From the NCBI GenBank assembly GCA_964016885.1, contig CAXHJY010000437.1, positions 218,207 to 282,206 of the forward strand: 64,000 nucleotides of DNA, in the 5' to 3' direction. Below are positions 14,606 to 28,042 of the stretch, piece by piece. The DNA comes from Eledone cirrhosa (lineage: Eukaryota). Made by a program: the position numbers and the translations under genes. Within the stretch, counting starts at the first letter, position 1. Every line of letters begins with the position of its first letter. The notes beneath the pieces are model-generated. The model saw only the letters and a list, made by a program, of their open reading frames with translations, had not been told where the DNA came from and made no database searches.

Positions 14606-15075
14606 ATAATGTTGTTTCATAAAATAGCACCATATATGGCACCTGAATTATTTAGTTTCAAAATACTTCTACTTTCTGTTTGCCTTTCTCTTGTCTAGAT
14701 ACAAGATTGATACAGTGTAAGATTGATACAGTGTAAGAAGGTATGAGTATGTTAGTTCACATGGTTGATATGTCCCACTTGTTTTATAATGCCCTTTTCA
14801 TATCCTTGCTTAAAACAATGGAGTTAAACTGCAATCAAAGGAAAGTCAAAGAGATTTTAGGATTATATTTAACTGCTTTACCCTTATTTCCTATTCTTGC
14901 ATGGATGAAATGGTTTATTTGTTTAATCAATTGTTTTTGATTATTTGAGGTTTATAGAGCTCCATACTCTTCCTCTGTTAATAATCTAGTTATGAAGTAG
15001 TAGAAGTAAAACCTTAACTTACTTTCTTGTCATGAAAATTGAAGTAAGCTTGGTTATGTGTCTTACTCAGAAACT

Positions 15076-15147
15076 CAATAGTTGCAGTGATGAGAACTCG
15101 TCTTTTATCCATGGATAAAAGACGAGTTCTCATCACTGCAACTATTG
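15076..15147. repeat. Perfect 72-bp palindrome (36-bp arms, no spacer)
   Basis: caatagttgcagtgatgagaactcgtcttttatcca|tggataaaagacgagttctcatcactgcaactattg. Confidence 0.97.
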
Positions 15148-16239
15148 TACTAATCTCACATAGTAATCTCTAGATTAACTGATGCTATTAACAGGATGTG
15201 GCAAAAGCAAATCGAAAGAACAAGAATACAGTGACATAACAATACTAATAATGATAATGATAAAACTACTACTACTACTGCTAAAGATATTTCGATGATA
15301 AGTATTCCAGTTGTTCGGTCAACAGGATGGCCCACTCATTAAATATATATGTAAATATATTTGTAAATGACTGAGTATTCCACAGATCCACACATACATA
15401 TGTATACCCTTAACATAATTCTCAGAGAGGCTCATGATACAGTGTGTAACAAGGTTAGCCTTTTGAATTACCTATACAGTCAACCTAATAGACATATGAC
15501 CTGTTTATGTCCACTCAGTTTCACTTGCCATGTCTAGGTCAACCTGAGGCCATAGTAAAAGACACTTAACACTGCACACATTATGTAAGAAGAGTACTCT
15601 CAATTCAATAGAAATAACAACACTGCACATAGTGCACAGAGCTGTGACTGGTAATGCAGTGACATAATAAAAATAAGACTAATGGTGATAATTGTTTCTA
15701 CTTTTGGCACAAGGCCAGTAATTATCCCAGTACGTTACTGGTACATGATGATAATAATAATAATTTTCATTGGCCATACTGGCAATATAAAAGTATGTAG
15801 TCGACTAAAAACCTTGAAGGCAATGCTCCATGGCTGCAGTCCAATGACTGACTCAGGTAAACAGAAGTAAAGAAAAGAATATAAATATGCTTTATAAATA
15901 GAAATATGTTCCATACATAAATGGATTTCATACATGAATATGTTTTTTACATATAGATGTGTATTATACAAATAAATATGCTTCCTACACATAAATGTTT
16001 TATACACACATGCATATGTACACATACACATATATATGTTTTATACATAAATGTATATTATATATATGTATAATTACTATATATTCATAAATGTACTTCA
16101 CGTATATAAATATATATAAATGTGTTTTGCACTTATAAACTCTCTCTTCTGTCATTGCCAAGGTCAAAAACAAAATGATATTGAATTATATCCAGTTGAA
16201 AATTGATCTACTACTTAGAAGAAACCAAAATGGGTTCTG

Positions 16240-17560
16240 TCCTGGAAGATTGACAGTGGCACACATTTTGGCACTTAATTGAGTGTGTCCAACACAATAA
16301 CAGAAAAGCTGTTATAATATTTGTTGATTTTAAGAATACAATATGAACATCAGTGGAAAATGTTCCATATTCACAAAGCTTCTTTTGCATACCACCAAAT
16401 CTAAATGTTATCAAGATATGTATGAAAATACAAATACGAAGGTAATTGCACCAGATAGAGAGACAGTTTTCATCGAAATAGGCACTGGTGTTTTTCAAGG
16501 AAACACCTTAACGTCACACCTCTTTGCTCTTACATTGGATTACACTATGGAAAAGGCTACAAATGAGAATGAAGAATAGCTTGGTTTCCAACTGGAGCAG
16601 ATACAGAGAATTTCTCCAATTATTGTAATGGATTTTGACTTCACTGATAACATAGCATTAATTTCTTGGGGAATTAGTGCTATGCACAGCAACTACTGCT
16701 TCCGATGGAAACAGAAGCTAGCAAAGTAGGATTACACCTAAATGCAAAGAAAACTAAAGTGTTGAGTTGCATCTATAGACCTCTCAGCATAATATGTAGG
16801 ACAGAAGATTACGCCAAGGAAGTGGACAACTTCAAATATCTAGGTGCTTGGACAGAAGGTAGTGAAAAAGATTTTTGGGTGAGAAAAGCACTTAATCAGT
16901 GTACCACAAGTTGAAGAGGATATGAACATCATGGGTGAACACAAGACTTAACCCTTTAGCATTTACATTACTCTATATTTACTGTTATATGTTCACAGTA
17001 AAGGCTTTACCTCACATAATATCGAATTTATGAGATCTTGATATTATTTATTTTGAGAACAATAATCAGTGTGAGCAGCCAGTTACGGCCAGTTTGAACA
17101 GAAAGAGGTGAGAGAATTCCGGCCGGATGTGGCCTGTTTACATGCTAAAGAGTTAAAGAAAGGCTTTTTATTGAAACACTTGAATCTGTTCTGTTTATGG
17201 AGCATAACAAAGCAAATAGAAAAGAGAATTAATGGCTGCTATACAAGAATGTTGTACATGACACTTAATGTTTCATGGAAACAGCAACTCGCCAGCAGAG
17301 AATTGTGTCAGCAGCTTCCACCAGTAATCGAAAAGATAAGGCAAAGGAGAATGGGATTTACAAACCAATGTGTTCATCACCATGAGAAAATAACAAGGGA
17401 TCTTGTTCTGTGAGAACCATCAGATGGATATACAAAATAGGAGTAGAAGGAAAAGAAATTACATTGATAACCTGCTAGAAGCTACAAAAATGGATGATAT
17501 AGGAAAGCTCAGAATGCTGATGATGCTTTTGAGGGCATGTGTAAAGACAGTTGGGTAACC
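16240..17560 (+). pseudogene. Old degraded RTE RT (related to family B)
   Basis: Fragments GVFQGNTL, GLHLNAKKTK, VDNFKYLG, INGCYTRML, with stops and frameshifts. Confidence 0.85.
16952..17152. mobile_element. piggyBac-type MITE (TTAA target duplication)
   Basis: TTAA|CCCTTTAGCAT ... ATGCTAAAGAG|TTAA; it interrupts the RTE relic. Confidence 0.8.
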
Positions 17561-17669
17561 TGGTTATCTGCATAGGTAGATAGATAATACATATAAATAT
17601 ATTTCATATATAAATGTATTATATATTACCCTATTATTTCTCTATTACATGTTCCAGCTGATAAGCTGA

Positions 17670-18215
17670 GACCATGCTGGGGCACAACTGATCATCATCT
17701 AGTTATCTGCAGCGTGAGACTACCTAAAGCCAAAGAAGCCCAAAAAACTGGCAGATCCAGGTCGATCTACAAGATAAAGAGGGTAGCATTGGTGCATAAG
17801 GAAGTCAGGACCAGGTATGCAGATACTATTGCTGCCAACTTCAGAGAACTCTCTGTACAAACAGAGAATGTTGAAATAAGTGGAGATTGTTCAGCAGTTT
17901 CTGCTTCAGCTGTTAAATGCTGTGGTAGAAATAGGCTTGCTGTGGCACCAGATGACAAGAGGGCCTCTTGGTTCAATCAAGTGGTCAAAGATGCCATCCA
18001 AGCAAAGGAGGAGGCCTACAAAGTTTGGTTTGAAAATAAGTTCTACTTCAACATGAGGTTCAAGCAGGCACAAAGAATTGCAGCAGAGATGGTAAAGGTG
18101 CCCAAACATAAGATATGGGAGGACTTTTGGGTTGAGCTGGAATCCAACTTCAGATCAGTAAATAAAATGTTCTGGCAGACCATCAACCGACTTCGTAATA
18201 AGAAGTCCTCCTCCA
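17670..18215 (+). pseudogene. RTE-like LINE fragment (APE end and linker)
   Basis: TDHHLV motif, SWFNQVVKDAIQAKEEAYKVW, KMFWQTINRLR. Confidence 0.75.
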
Positions 18216-19466
18216 CACCTACTGGTGGTGGTGGTGGACTAAAGAGTTTTGATACACATAGATGTGCTTTATACATATAAATATGTTTTATACATAAAAT
18301 GTTTTATCCATAATGAATGTTATAAACTTACCAAAAACAATGTTTTCATATTTGATTTATTTGATTACCTGCAATTTCCATATGTATGCAGTGAATATGT
18401 ATTGTCTTACAACTTTTTTAGTTCAAATGCTATCTCAAATTTTCACTATCAGTTACAATGTCCTTGTTTTACTTGCTTCCAACTAGAAATGTCTAACAGA
18501 CTACTTTGTACATACATCTCATATGATATACTTTTGTATGTCTGTGTGTACATATATTTACATATGCGGCAGATATGTTTTTAATTATTTGTGTGTATAT
18601 GTGTGAGTGTATGTATGTGTAGATCTGTATGAGTGTAAATGTGTAAGAGTATGCATCTGTGTGTGTGTCTCTCTCTCTCTCTCTCTCTGTGAGTGCATGT
18701 GTGTATGTTTATTTTCATTTCTTAGAATTTCAAATTAACTGTTTAATATCTCTGGGGCAAAAATCTATTGAATTATTAATAAAATCTATTAAATTATTCA
18801 GACCTCATTATTTGTATGTTGTAAGTGAATTTTCTTCAACTCCCTCCTCCTCGTTATCATCAATATCATACATACACACTCACACACAGAGCTAAGTATA
18901 TATGTATATCTGTATATCATATATATATACATATATGTATATATACAGCTCTATTCTTCTGATGCTTTCTTCTCCCACAAAGATATATATATATACATGT
19001 ATGTATGCACATATATATATATGTGTGTGTGTCCTTACAGTATCAAGATAAAAATTTTGGTGTATAGAACTAAATGTATGACATTTAAATTGAACAATAG
19101 ATTATGAAGAGGACCAGTTAGACCTGGGGACAAAAACAAACATAGAAAGTGATGTACAGAAAGGAAAATATTGGCTGGCAATAACTGCCACAACTAGATG
19201 GTGTGGAAGACACTGAGATGAAAGACTAAGACAATAGTCATGTGATAGGAGAAGAGATATGGTCACAGTAAATAAGCAACAGCAAAAGAAAAGGAGGGGT
19301 AGCCCTGTGTGTCACAGATGATGTTGCAATATTGGCAACAGGTACAAACATTTGTGGTTATTAACCATGGAAATGTATGTACATTGTTTCGACCCCTACC
19401 AACTATATTGCTGTTTCATCCAGGGTTACAATGTCTGACAAAGTAGTTAAACATTGTCCTTGGAGT

Positions 19467-19469
<3 letters not shown>

Positions 19470-19501
<32 letters not shown>

Positions 19502-20032
19502 AAATATTGTGTACAGTGCTCAGATGCACTACAACTCATCAAAAAGTGCATGTATAGTACATAGGGTATGTACAAACATCAGGAAAATGAACAGCGCATG
19601 AGTCATGATATACACATGTGTGCATGTGTATGGAAGGGGTACATCAGGTGTAGTTTTGACGAATTTTGGGAAGCATGAGGGTTTTAAAGGATGCAGTGTC
19701 TCGGCAGCTAACAACTGACGCAAGCAGTTTGTTCCATGCTTCAGCAACTCTAAGCGTGAAAAAATGTTTCAGAAAGTCATGGGAGCTGTGCTGTTTTCTG
19801 ACTTTGTAGGCATGTCCACGTGTATTAGACACATGGAGATCAAAAAGGTGCTCAGGGTTGTTGTTGGCGAGATGGTTAATAACTTTGTGGGTATTTACCA
19901 AGTCCATTGCCAGACGTCGGAGCTTCAATGAATCCATGCCCAGAGAAGCAAGGTGTCAGAGTATGGTAGGTGTCTGATGGAGGGTATGCACTTGGTTGCA
20001 CGTCTCTGAACAGTTTCCAGGAGGTCAATGTT
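19470..20032 (-). mobile_element. CR1-like LINE 3' fragment with (ATT)n tail
   Basis: Reverse complement of about 30700-31258; TRGHAYK, FFTLRVAEAWNKL. Confidence 0.9.
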
Positions 20033-20110
20033 CCTTGTTGCCATTTTTTTCATTATATCAAAGACAAAAACAAAATAAAATTTATTCATGAGTGAATAAT
20101 AATAATATCA

Positions 20111-20292
20111 TAATTGTTTCTACTTTTGGCACAAGGCCAGCAAATACCCCATTACATTACTGGTACTTTATTTCATCGACCCCGTAAGGATGAAAGACAA
20201 AGTTAACCTCGACGGGATTTGAACTCAGACCATAAAGGGACGTAACAATGCTGGAAAGCATGGCGTCCAACCCTCTACCGATACTGCCAATT
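20111..20292 (-). mobile_element. tRNA-related SINE (same family as 14421-14605)
   Basis: Reverse-complement similarity along its full length. Confidence 0.8.
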
Positions 20293-20634
20293 AATATTTA
20301 TTTTGTTTGCAAGCAAAAAGCCTCACAAACATCATGTGTGTTTTTTAGATGAACAACTTCATCCTGTTCCAGCGGTAGCTGAGAGAAAACAATTGTTTTG
20401 GGGTGTTTGCTCCTTATCAAGATTGTGTATTCTCGTCTCTGTTACCCACTGGAACTACTGAGAGTATATAGTATATATCGGCTGATTAGCCTCATTTGCA
20501 TACCGAGTGACTTTTGCAGCCGGCTTTGTCAAAAATTAAAAAACAAAATTTGTTTTTGTTCTTAACATGGTGGATACCTAAATGTATTCATAACTGAATA
20601 ATAATAATATTATTATTATATCATAATATTATTA

Positions 20635-23055
20635 ACGCTGATAAGAAGGTAGCTTGGAAGTGTCACTACGAAAGGCTACTAAATGAGGAGAATAAATGGG
20701 AGAAAGACAGTCTCCCCCACATCGATCCAATAGAGGGACCAGCAGTGTTAGTCAAAGGTAGTATAATAAGTAAGGCAATCAAAGATATGAAAACGGGTAA
20801 GGCGGCTGGGCCTTCGGAAATAGTTGCTGAAATGCTGAAAGCTTCTGGAACGGTGGGACACACTATGGTCACCCAGATAGTAAACCAAGTCATACAGAAT
20901 GGGGTTGTTCAGAAGGACTGGCGTAGCAGTATCATCATTAACTGCTACAAGGGTAAAGGAGATGCCCTAGATATGGGTAACTATAGAGGCATTAAATTAA
21001 TCGACCAGGTCATGAAGGTCACAGAAAAAGTAATAGCGCAACTAATCAGAGAGCGAATTGATCTAGATGAAATGCAGTTCGGGTTTGTGTCAGGTAAAAG
21101 TACCACAGATGCTCTTTTCATTGTACGACAACTACAGGAGAAGTACCTAGCTAAAAGTAAACCCCTATACTTAACTTTTGTCGACTTGGAGAAAGCCTTT
21201 GACAGAGTGCCCCGTTCCATTATCTGGTGGGCTCTTAGAAAACTAGGTGTTGATGAATGGCTTGTGAGAGGTATACAAGCCATGTATAAAGAAACAGTCA
21301 GCAAGGTTAGAATTAACAACGAATATAGTGAAGAGTTTAGCGTAAAAGTTGGTGTTCATCAGGGCTCCGTTCTTAGTCCCCTACTATTTATTATTGCCCT
21401 TCAGGCTATAACAGTGGAGTTCAAGACCGGCTGCCCATGGGAACTCCTATACGCAGATGATCTAACGCTCATAGCTGAATCAATGCCTGAACTAGAGAAG
21501 AAATTCCAAACATGGAAGCATGGCCTAGAATCAAAAGGCCTTAAAATTAACCTGGCTAAGACTAAAGTTCTAGTTTGTAGTAAGGAAAATAGGGCACCGG
21601 TCCCATCTGGGAAATGGCCATGCTCAGTGTGTAGGAAAGGAGTAGGCAGAAACTCCATTTTATGTCCCAAATGCAAAGTATGGGTGCATAAAAGATATAT
21701 TACTATTACACAGTATATAAAGTATATTACTATTACACATCCAGCGGAGCATTCAAGCTTCGTTCCTCTCCAGTCTGCATATATCCTCTGCACACAATGC
21801 CGAGGTCTCACTGCCATGTAACATTGCTGTTCATATGCAGGCATCATACAACCTGCCTTTTATTTTTAGAGAGAACCCTTTAGTGGCTAATAGTGGTATA
21901 AGCTCTATGAACTTTTTCCATCCAGTTCTGACTCTAGCTACTGTACTTTCAGAGCACCCTCCCCCACTGCTGATTTTGTCACCCAAGTATTCTAAGAATA
22001 TAGATTTTATATGTGGCCGGTGCTCTGGTGCAATAAGTAGCAGCAAGTGCCCACAGAATAGTAGCTCATTCCATTGCACAGATGGTTCTAGTGGACAGCT
22101 TCCGTTACCTGGGTGACAAAATGAGCAGTGGGGGAGGGTGCTCTGAAAGTACAGTAGCTAGAGTCAGAACTGGATGGAAAAAGTTCAGAGAGCTTATACC
22201 ACTATTAGCCGCTAAAGGGTTCTCTCTAAAAATAAAAGGCAGGTTGTATGATGCCTGCATATGAACAGCAATGTTACATGGCAGTGAGACCTGGGCATTG
22301 TTTGCAGAGGATATACGCAGACTGGAGAGGAACGAAGCTTGCATGCTCCGTTGGATGTGTAACAGTAATATACGTGAACGGCAAAGCATAAACGAACTAA
22401 GGAAAAAATTAGAAATAAGAGGGATCAGATGTTGTTTACTCGAGAGAAGGCTACGTTGGTATGGTCACGTGATGCACATGAAAGACGACAGCTGTATAAT
22501 AAAGTGCAGGGCAATAAAAATAGATGGTAGCCACGGAGTAGGCAGACCCAGAAAAACCTGGGACGACTTGATAAATTCCGACCTCACATACTTGCACCTC
22601 TCCAAGACAATGTCACTGGACCGAGATCTTTGGCACTACACAGTAATACAGAAGACCCGCCTTACCTAAGTACAAAGTGAAACCTACTACAGTCAGTAGG
22701 CACCTCTAACAAAAATACACCCCGCCCCACTACCCCCACCCCGTCCACACCACCCCTTTCAATGTAAAGTTATGTTGGTACCACAACATCCAGTCCGAAA
22801 CAAATGAGGTCGTGTAGGTGTCACGACAAAAAAACACACAGTCCACGCTGTAATGTGGCCGTGTAGGTAACATGGTTAAAACCTCCCAGTTCCACACTGT
22901 AAACGTGGTTGGTGTTAGGAAGGGCATCCAGCTGTAGAAAACCCGCCAGACAGTCCTCTGTGAGCGCGACAACCACTCTTGCTTCAAGTGGGAAAACTCC
23001 CGTCCAAACCCATGCAAGCGTGGAAGACAGGCGTTAAACGAGGATGATGATGATG
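20635..23055 (+). mobile_element. RTE family A, copy 4 (5'-truncated, internal inverted duplication 21722-21989)
   Basis: ORFs 20745-21821 and 22271-22669; 3' UTR and (GAT)n tail. Confidence 0.93.
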
Positions 23056-24400
23056 TATAGAATTAAATGTACAACATTTAAGTCAAACAATGTGTGACAA
23101 AGAGGGCCAGTTACACCAGGAGAAGAAAACGCACAAACAAAGTGATGCATAGAGGGGGAAAATGTTAGCTGGTAGAAATATGGCAGTGACTTCAAAGTTT
23201 CAACTTGATTGCATCATCTTCATATATATAATTTCTTTCTCAACTCTGAGTCAATGAAATAATTATGTGCATATATTGATTAAATCAGCTATGTATACAT
23301 CTCTGCCTTACAATAGTTTCCTGTCAATACAATATAAGCTATTGTCGTTTTTGTGTTACGAAAAATATCAATTGAATGTGCCTTAAGCACTTAACCACCT
23401 CACCATTTATTTGACAGCAACATCTAGTGCTTCATTGGGAAATATAAACTATGTATGGTTCCCTTAAAACCCTTTAAAGCAAAGGATACATTTCTTGTCA
23501 TTTTATATATAACTGTTACCATCTACATACATTTGTAATGAATTTATATGTAACTCATTTCTTATATAAAACTTTTCTCTTTCTGTTTATAGGTAAGATA
23601 TTATTTACTATCTTCATTCAGGAATGTAAATTCCTTTGAGAGATTGGTAAGTAAAGGCATTTTTATCCAAAGAAGCTTTTTGTGGATGTGGAATCTCATC
23701 TTTGTTGAAAACAATTTTCTGATGTGAGTTATTGAGTGAGCCTTTAGATGGCTAACAAAGATGTTTGATTTTTGGAGAAAGTATTTAAAATCAGTCTTTC
23801 CATTGGGTATAGCAATGTTCTTTGTTGAAATATCTATGGTTTGACTTCTGTGTGAGCACACAACAAGATTGTGTACTGATTTAGTGATCTTAGAAGCCTA
23901 CAAAAGCAGAAAATCTCAATATTTATAATAGGGTATTATATAAGTTTATTCATTTATTTCCTTACAACATAGCAGCAATGATGTTTGAATAAATCAACTT
24001 ACATGTTTATATAGAGTGAATAGCTTGGAAATCAGATGGTTGCTTCTGACAGGATCTGTTGGAAGGAGTCTTTGATGACTCTTCCCCCATGACCCTTACA
24101 GGAATAAGTATTTATAGGCAAAGAAGATTACATACACATACACATACACACACACATATATATATATGATTGGGAGGACTCGTCAACTATATCAAAGTCA
24201 TGACAGCCTCCATAGTGCTGGTGTTATGATAAGATAAACTCACTAGAGCATGGCAATGTATATAAGCAAGAATTGAATCGTCAGCCTGTCTGATAGGTGA
24301 GTAACTACTGCTTGAGTACTGACTCAATCTGAGAGGACACCTGTAAACAAATGTTAAATGATGACAATGATGAAGATGATGATGTGTATATATATATATA

Positions 24401-25772
24401 TCATCATCACCGTTTTACGTCCGTTCTTCAATGCTAGCATGGGTTAGACGGGTTGTCCTGTTGTGGGCAGTTTCTGGTTGGCTGACCTTGTCTTGCTCAT
24501 ACAAGAACTGATTTTGGCTTGATTTCTACAGCTGGATGCCCTTCCTAACACCAACCTCATTTACAGTGAGTGCTGGGTGCTCTTTGCCGTGGTGCCTACA
24601 TGACCACTTTACAGTGTGAGCTGGGTGCTTTTTTGCAGTGGAAGGGTGTGGGGGGCATATTGTCTATATGCTTCAGCTTCAGCTTGTACCCATGGGAGGT
24701 CGGGTACTCTGTATTACTGCATGATGCCAGAGGTCATGGTCATGTGTCATCGCCTTTGAGAGGTGTAATTGGGTAAGGTCGGCTTTTATCACCTCATCCC
24801 AGGTCTTCTTGGGTCTCCCCACTCCGTGGTTTCCATCGACTTCTAGTGCCCTGCACCTTTTTATGCAGCTGTCTTCCTTCATACGCATCACATGTCCATA
24901 CCAATGCAACCACCTCTCCTGCACACAGCATTTGATTCCTCTTATGCTCAGTCTCTCTCTCAATTCATTTATGCTTTGCCGTTCGTGTATATTACTATTA
25001 CACATCCATCGGAGCATGCAGGCTTTGTTTCTATGTAAGTCTTCCACCTTCAGCGCCCAGGTCTCACTACCATGCAACATCGCTGTTCGTATACAAACAT
25101 CATACGGTCTGCCTTTCATTTTGAGGGAGAAGCCTTTTGCAGCTAGCAGTGGTAGTAGTTCCCTAAACTTCTTCCATCCCGTTCTTACCCTAGTTATTGT
25201 ACTTTCTGAACACCCACCTCCGCTGCTAATTCGGTTACCTAGGTAGCAGAAGCTGTCTACTGTTTCTACAGAGCCCTCCCAGAGATTGGTGGTACTTGTT
25301 TCCTGTGGCTGTTTGCTGCTTGCTGTCCCAGCACAGCTGCTACATGTAAAGCCTACATTCTTAATTAAGCTTCCTGAGATCCCGCTACATCTCTTGTGTA
25401 CCCATTGTTTGCATTTGGGGCAGAGAATGGAGTTCCTACCTACACTTTTCCTACATACTGAGCAAGGCCATTTCCCTGAGGGGATCTGGGTTCTGTTTTC
25501 TCGTCTACTTACAAGGACCTTAGTCTTTGTCAGGTTGACTTTGAGACCCTTTCTTTCTAGTCCCTGCTTCCAAGTTTGGAATTTCTTCTCTAGTTCTACC
25601 ATAGATTCAGCTATAAGTGTGAGCTCATCTGCATACAGGAGTTCCCATGGGCATCCGGTCTTAAACTCCTCTGTTATTGCCTGCAGGACTATGATGAACA
25701 GTAGAGGGCTAAGAACAGAGCTCTGGTGGACACCGACCTGTACGCTAAATTCCTTGCTATACTCATTACTAT
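24401..25772 (-). mobile_element. RTE family A2 (diverged subfamily), 5'-truncated, PHD retained
   Basis: ORF 24679-25878: LLYADEL, CSVC..CPKCKQWVHKRC..CSSC; SINE-like 3' UTR. Confidence 0.92.
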
Positions 25773-26933
25773 ACAGATATATATAATTGGTGGTAGCAGT
25801 AAGATAGCATTTTGATATAATGGAGGAGTATATGAAAACATATAATAATTCGCTGCTGAAGAAAACTATTTTTTTCATAACGGGGAAAAAAATACTTTCT
25901 CTATTTTCCTCTGTGAATGTATAAAAGAGTTGCCAAACAGTGCTGTTTCAAGATTACTTAATCTTTCATCAGTGATACTCATTCATAACTGGCATTTTAT
26001 TGGCATGAAATAGACTATATTTTATATAGAATTTTGCATGATGACCATTTGCAGGAGATGTTCATTTGTATATAGCATCAACTGACATGTACTCTCTCTC
26101 TCTTACATATATAATGTTTAGTCTGGTTCTCCAGGCTGGGATGGGTTGGAGAACATTTTTTGAGGCAAAATTCTATGACTAGAACAAATCAATAAAACAG
26201 AACAAAACAAAAATCGAAATCCTTATTATTGTTACTATTATTTTTTTTATTTTGTATTAAAACATATTAGTAACTGGAAAAAAAACTTGGGTAGACAGGG
26301 AGCATGTAAAATGTATCAGTGGACTGGGGGATAAAAGTGTTATCCTTGTTTTATAATTATAAGTTCTAGGTTTAAATCCTGCCAAATACTATGTACACAT
26401 CTTGGGATAAGACACCTGATAATGATCAGAGATTAAACCTATCAAGAAATCATAAAATATATAAATAATAAAACATATAAATAATAAAACATTTTTCATC
26501 TTTAATGATGAGGTTAATAGTCTGAAAAATTGTAATGATTATAACAATAACTCATCTCAGACATTTAATCAATGATTTCTCTGATATCTTACTTCCGAAC
26601 AATATGTCTGGTTTATAGAGAAGTGTAAATGAGATGGTGAAATGATGATGATGATTTTTTGCGGGTTTTTTCTTTAAGTAAAGATTGTTTGTAAGATAGA
26701 TGAATGTTAACAAGTAAAATGATTTCAATCAAGAAATGAAATTTAGTGTTAGAGATTCAGTTCTGAGAGAGAATATATCTAATTTAACTTTTGTCCTGAC
26801 TACTTTTACTTTTGTCTAGACATAAGGTAATACTGCTATTATCAGCCTTGACTGAGTAGATTTATGAGTAGAAGCATTCAAGATTTGATCATCTAGTCTT
26901 TTTTTAAAGGTATAATATATCAAGAACTACATT

Positions 26934-27315
26934 CTTCTTCTTATTCACCCACTTATTCCTGTGAGGGTTGTGGGGGAACAGTCCTCAAACACTCCCTCCA
27001 GTGAGTCATGTCAGAAGCAACTGTCTCCAACTGATTCAGCTGGATTCCCAAGCATGACCAGACAAGCTCATGGATGTTATCCAACTATCTTGCTTGGAGT
27101 CTACCCCTGGATCTCTTACCTGTTGGTTTTGCCCATAAAATCTGTCCAGCAATTCTTTCCTGAGATATTCTAACCACATGCTCATAATATTGGAGCTGTA
27201 ATCTCTCAATTCGGAGAAGTAGTGGCTCTACCTGGAATGACTCTCTGATCTCAAAGCTATGCACTTTATTGAGTAACGTTACACCAAAGACCCTTTGGCA
27301 GAACCCCATTTTGGC
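26934..27315 (-). mobile_element. RTE (Rex3/Expander-like) 3' fragment with a 13-bp TSD
   Basis: VEPLLLRIER..KRSRGR; (GAA)n tail; TSD caagaactacatt at 26921-26933 and 27316-27328. Confidence 0.85.
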
Positions 27316-27534
27316 CAAGAACTACATTATACTAGATATATATGACTCTTCATTTTATGATGGTTGGGTGTGATTTGGCTTCTATTTATGGCAGTTCAAG
27401 TGACTGCATAGAGGCTTGTATTTTGTGGAAGCAGGAGGTGGGGTTGTCTCTGAATTGACTGCTATATATTAGTTATTTATGTAATAAACATAGAGCATGG
27501 CAAAACGGGAATAGAGGTCCACAATCTAGATATC

Positions 27535-28042
27535 ATAAACAGACATCTAGTAGGCACCTCTTAACCACTATACCCCTTCCATACACCTCCCATGGCCCAA
27601 CACCCACCCACCCACTTCTGACCACACCACCCTTACACTGTAAAACTATGTTGGTATCATAACAAAAAATCACCCAGCCTCCACTGTAAAGGGGTTGTGT
27701 GGGTGTCACAACAAAAAGCACCCAGCCCCACACTGTAAAGTGGTCATGTAGGTGTCATGACAAAAAGCACCCAGCACACACTGTAAAGTGGTCATGTAGG
27801 TGTCATGACAAAAAGCACCCAGCACACACTGTAAAGTGGTCATGTAGGTGTCATGACAAAAAGCACCCAGCACACACTGTAAATGTGGTTGGCTTTAGAA
27901 AGGGCATCCAGCCATAGAAACCTAGCCAGAAACAGTTCTATATGAGCAAGACATGGTCATCTAACCTGACTTGCCTCTAATGGGACAGCCCGTCTAACCT
28001 CTGCTAGCGTGGAAAAATGGTTTTTAAACGGTGATGATGACG
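27535..28042 (+). mobile_element. Solo RTE-A-type 3' UTR containing a 48-bp tandem repeat (three identical units 27729-27872 plus one diverged unit)
   Basis: Unit cacactgtaaagtggtcatgtaggtgtcatgacaaaaagcacccagca. Confidence 0.9.

Noticed and set aside
23601-23898. Minus-strand host exon (also 40141-40329 and 12590-12730)
   Set aside because: Short open frames with no recognisable domain or consistent splice pair; cannot be supported without RNA or homology data.
27729-27872. 48-bp repeats (and the 20-bp repeats at 14326) as a CRISPR array
   Set aside because: No unique spacers, no cas genes, eukaryotic TE context.
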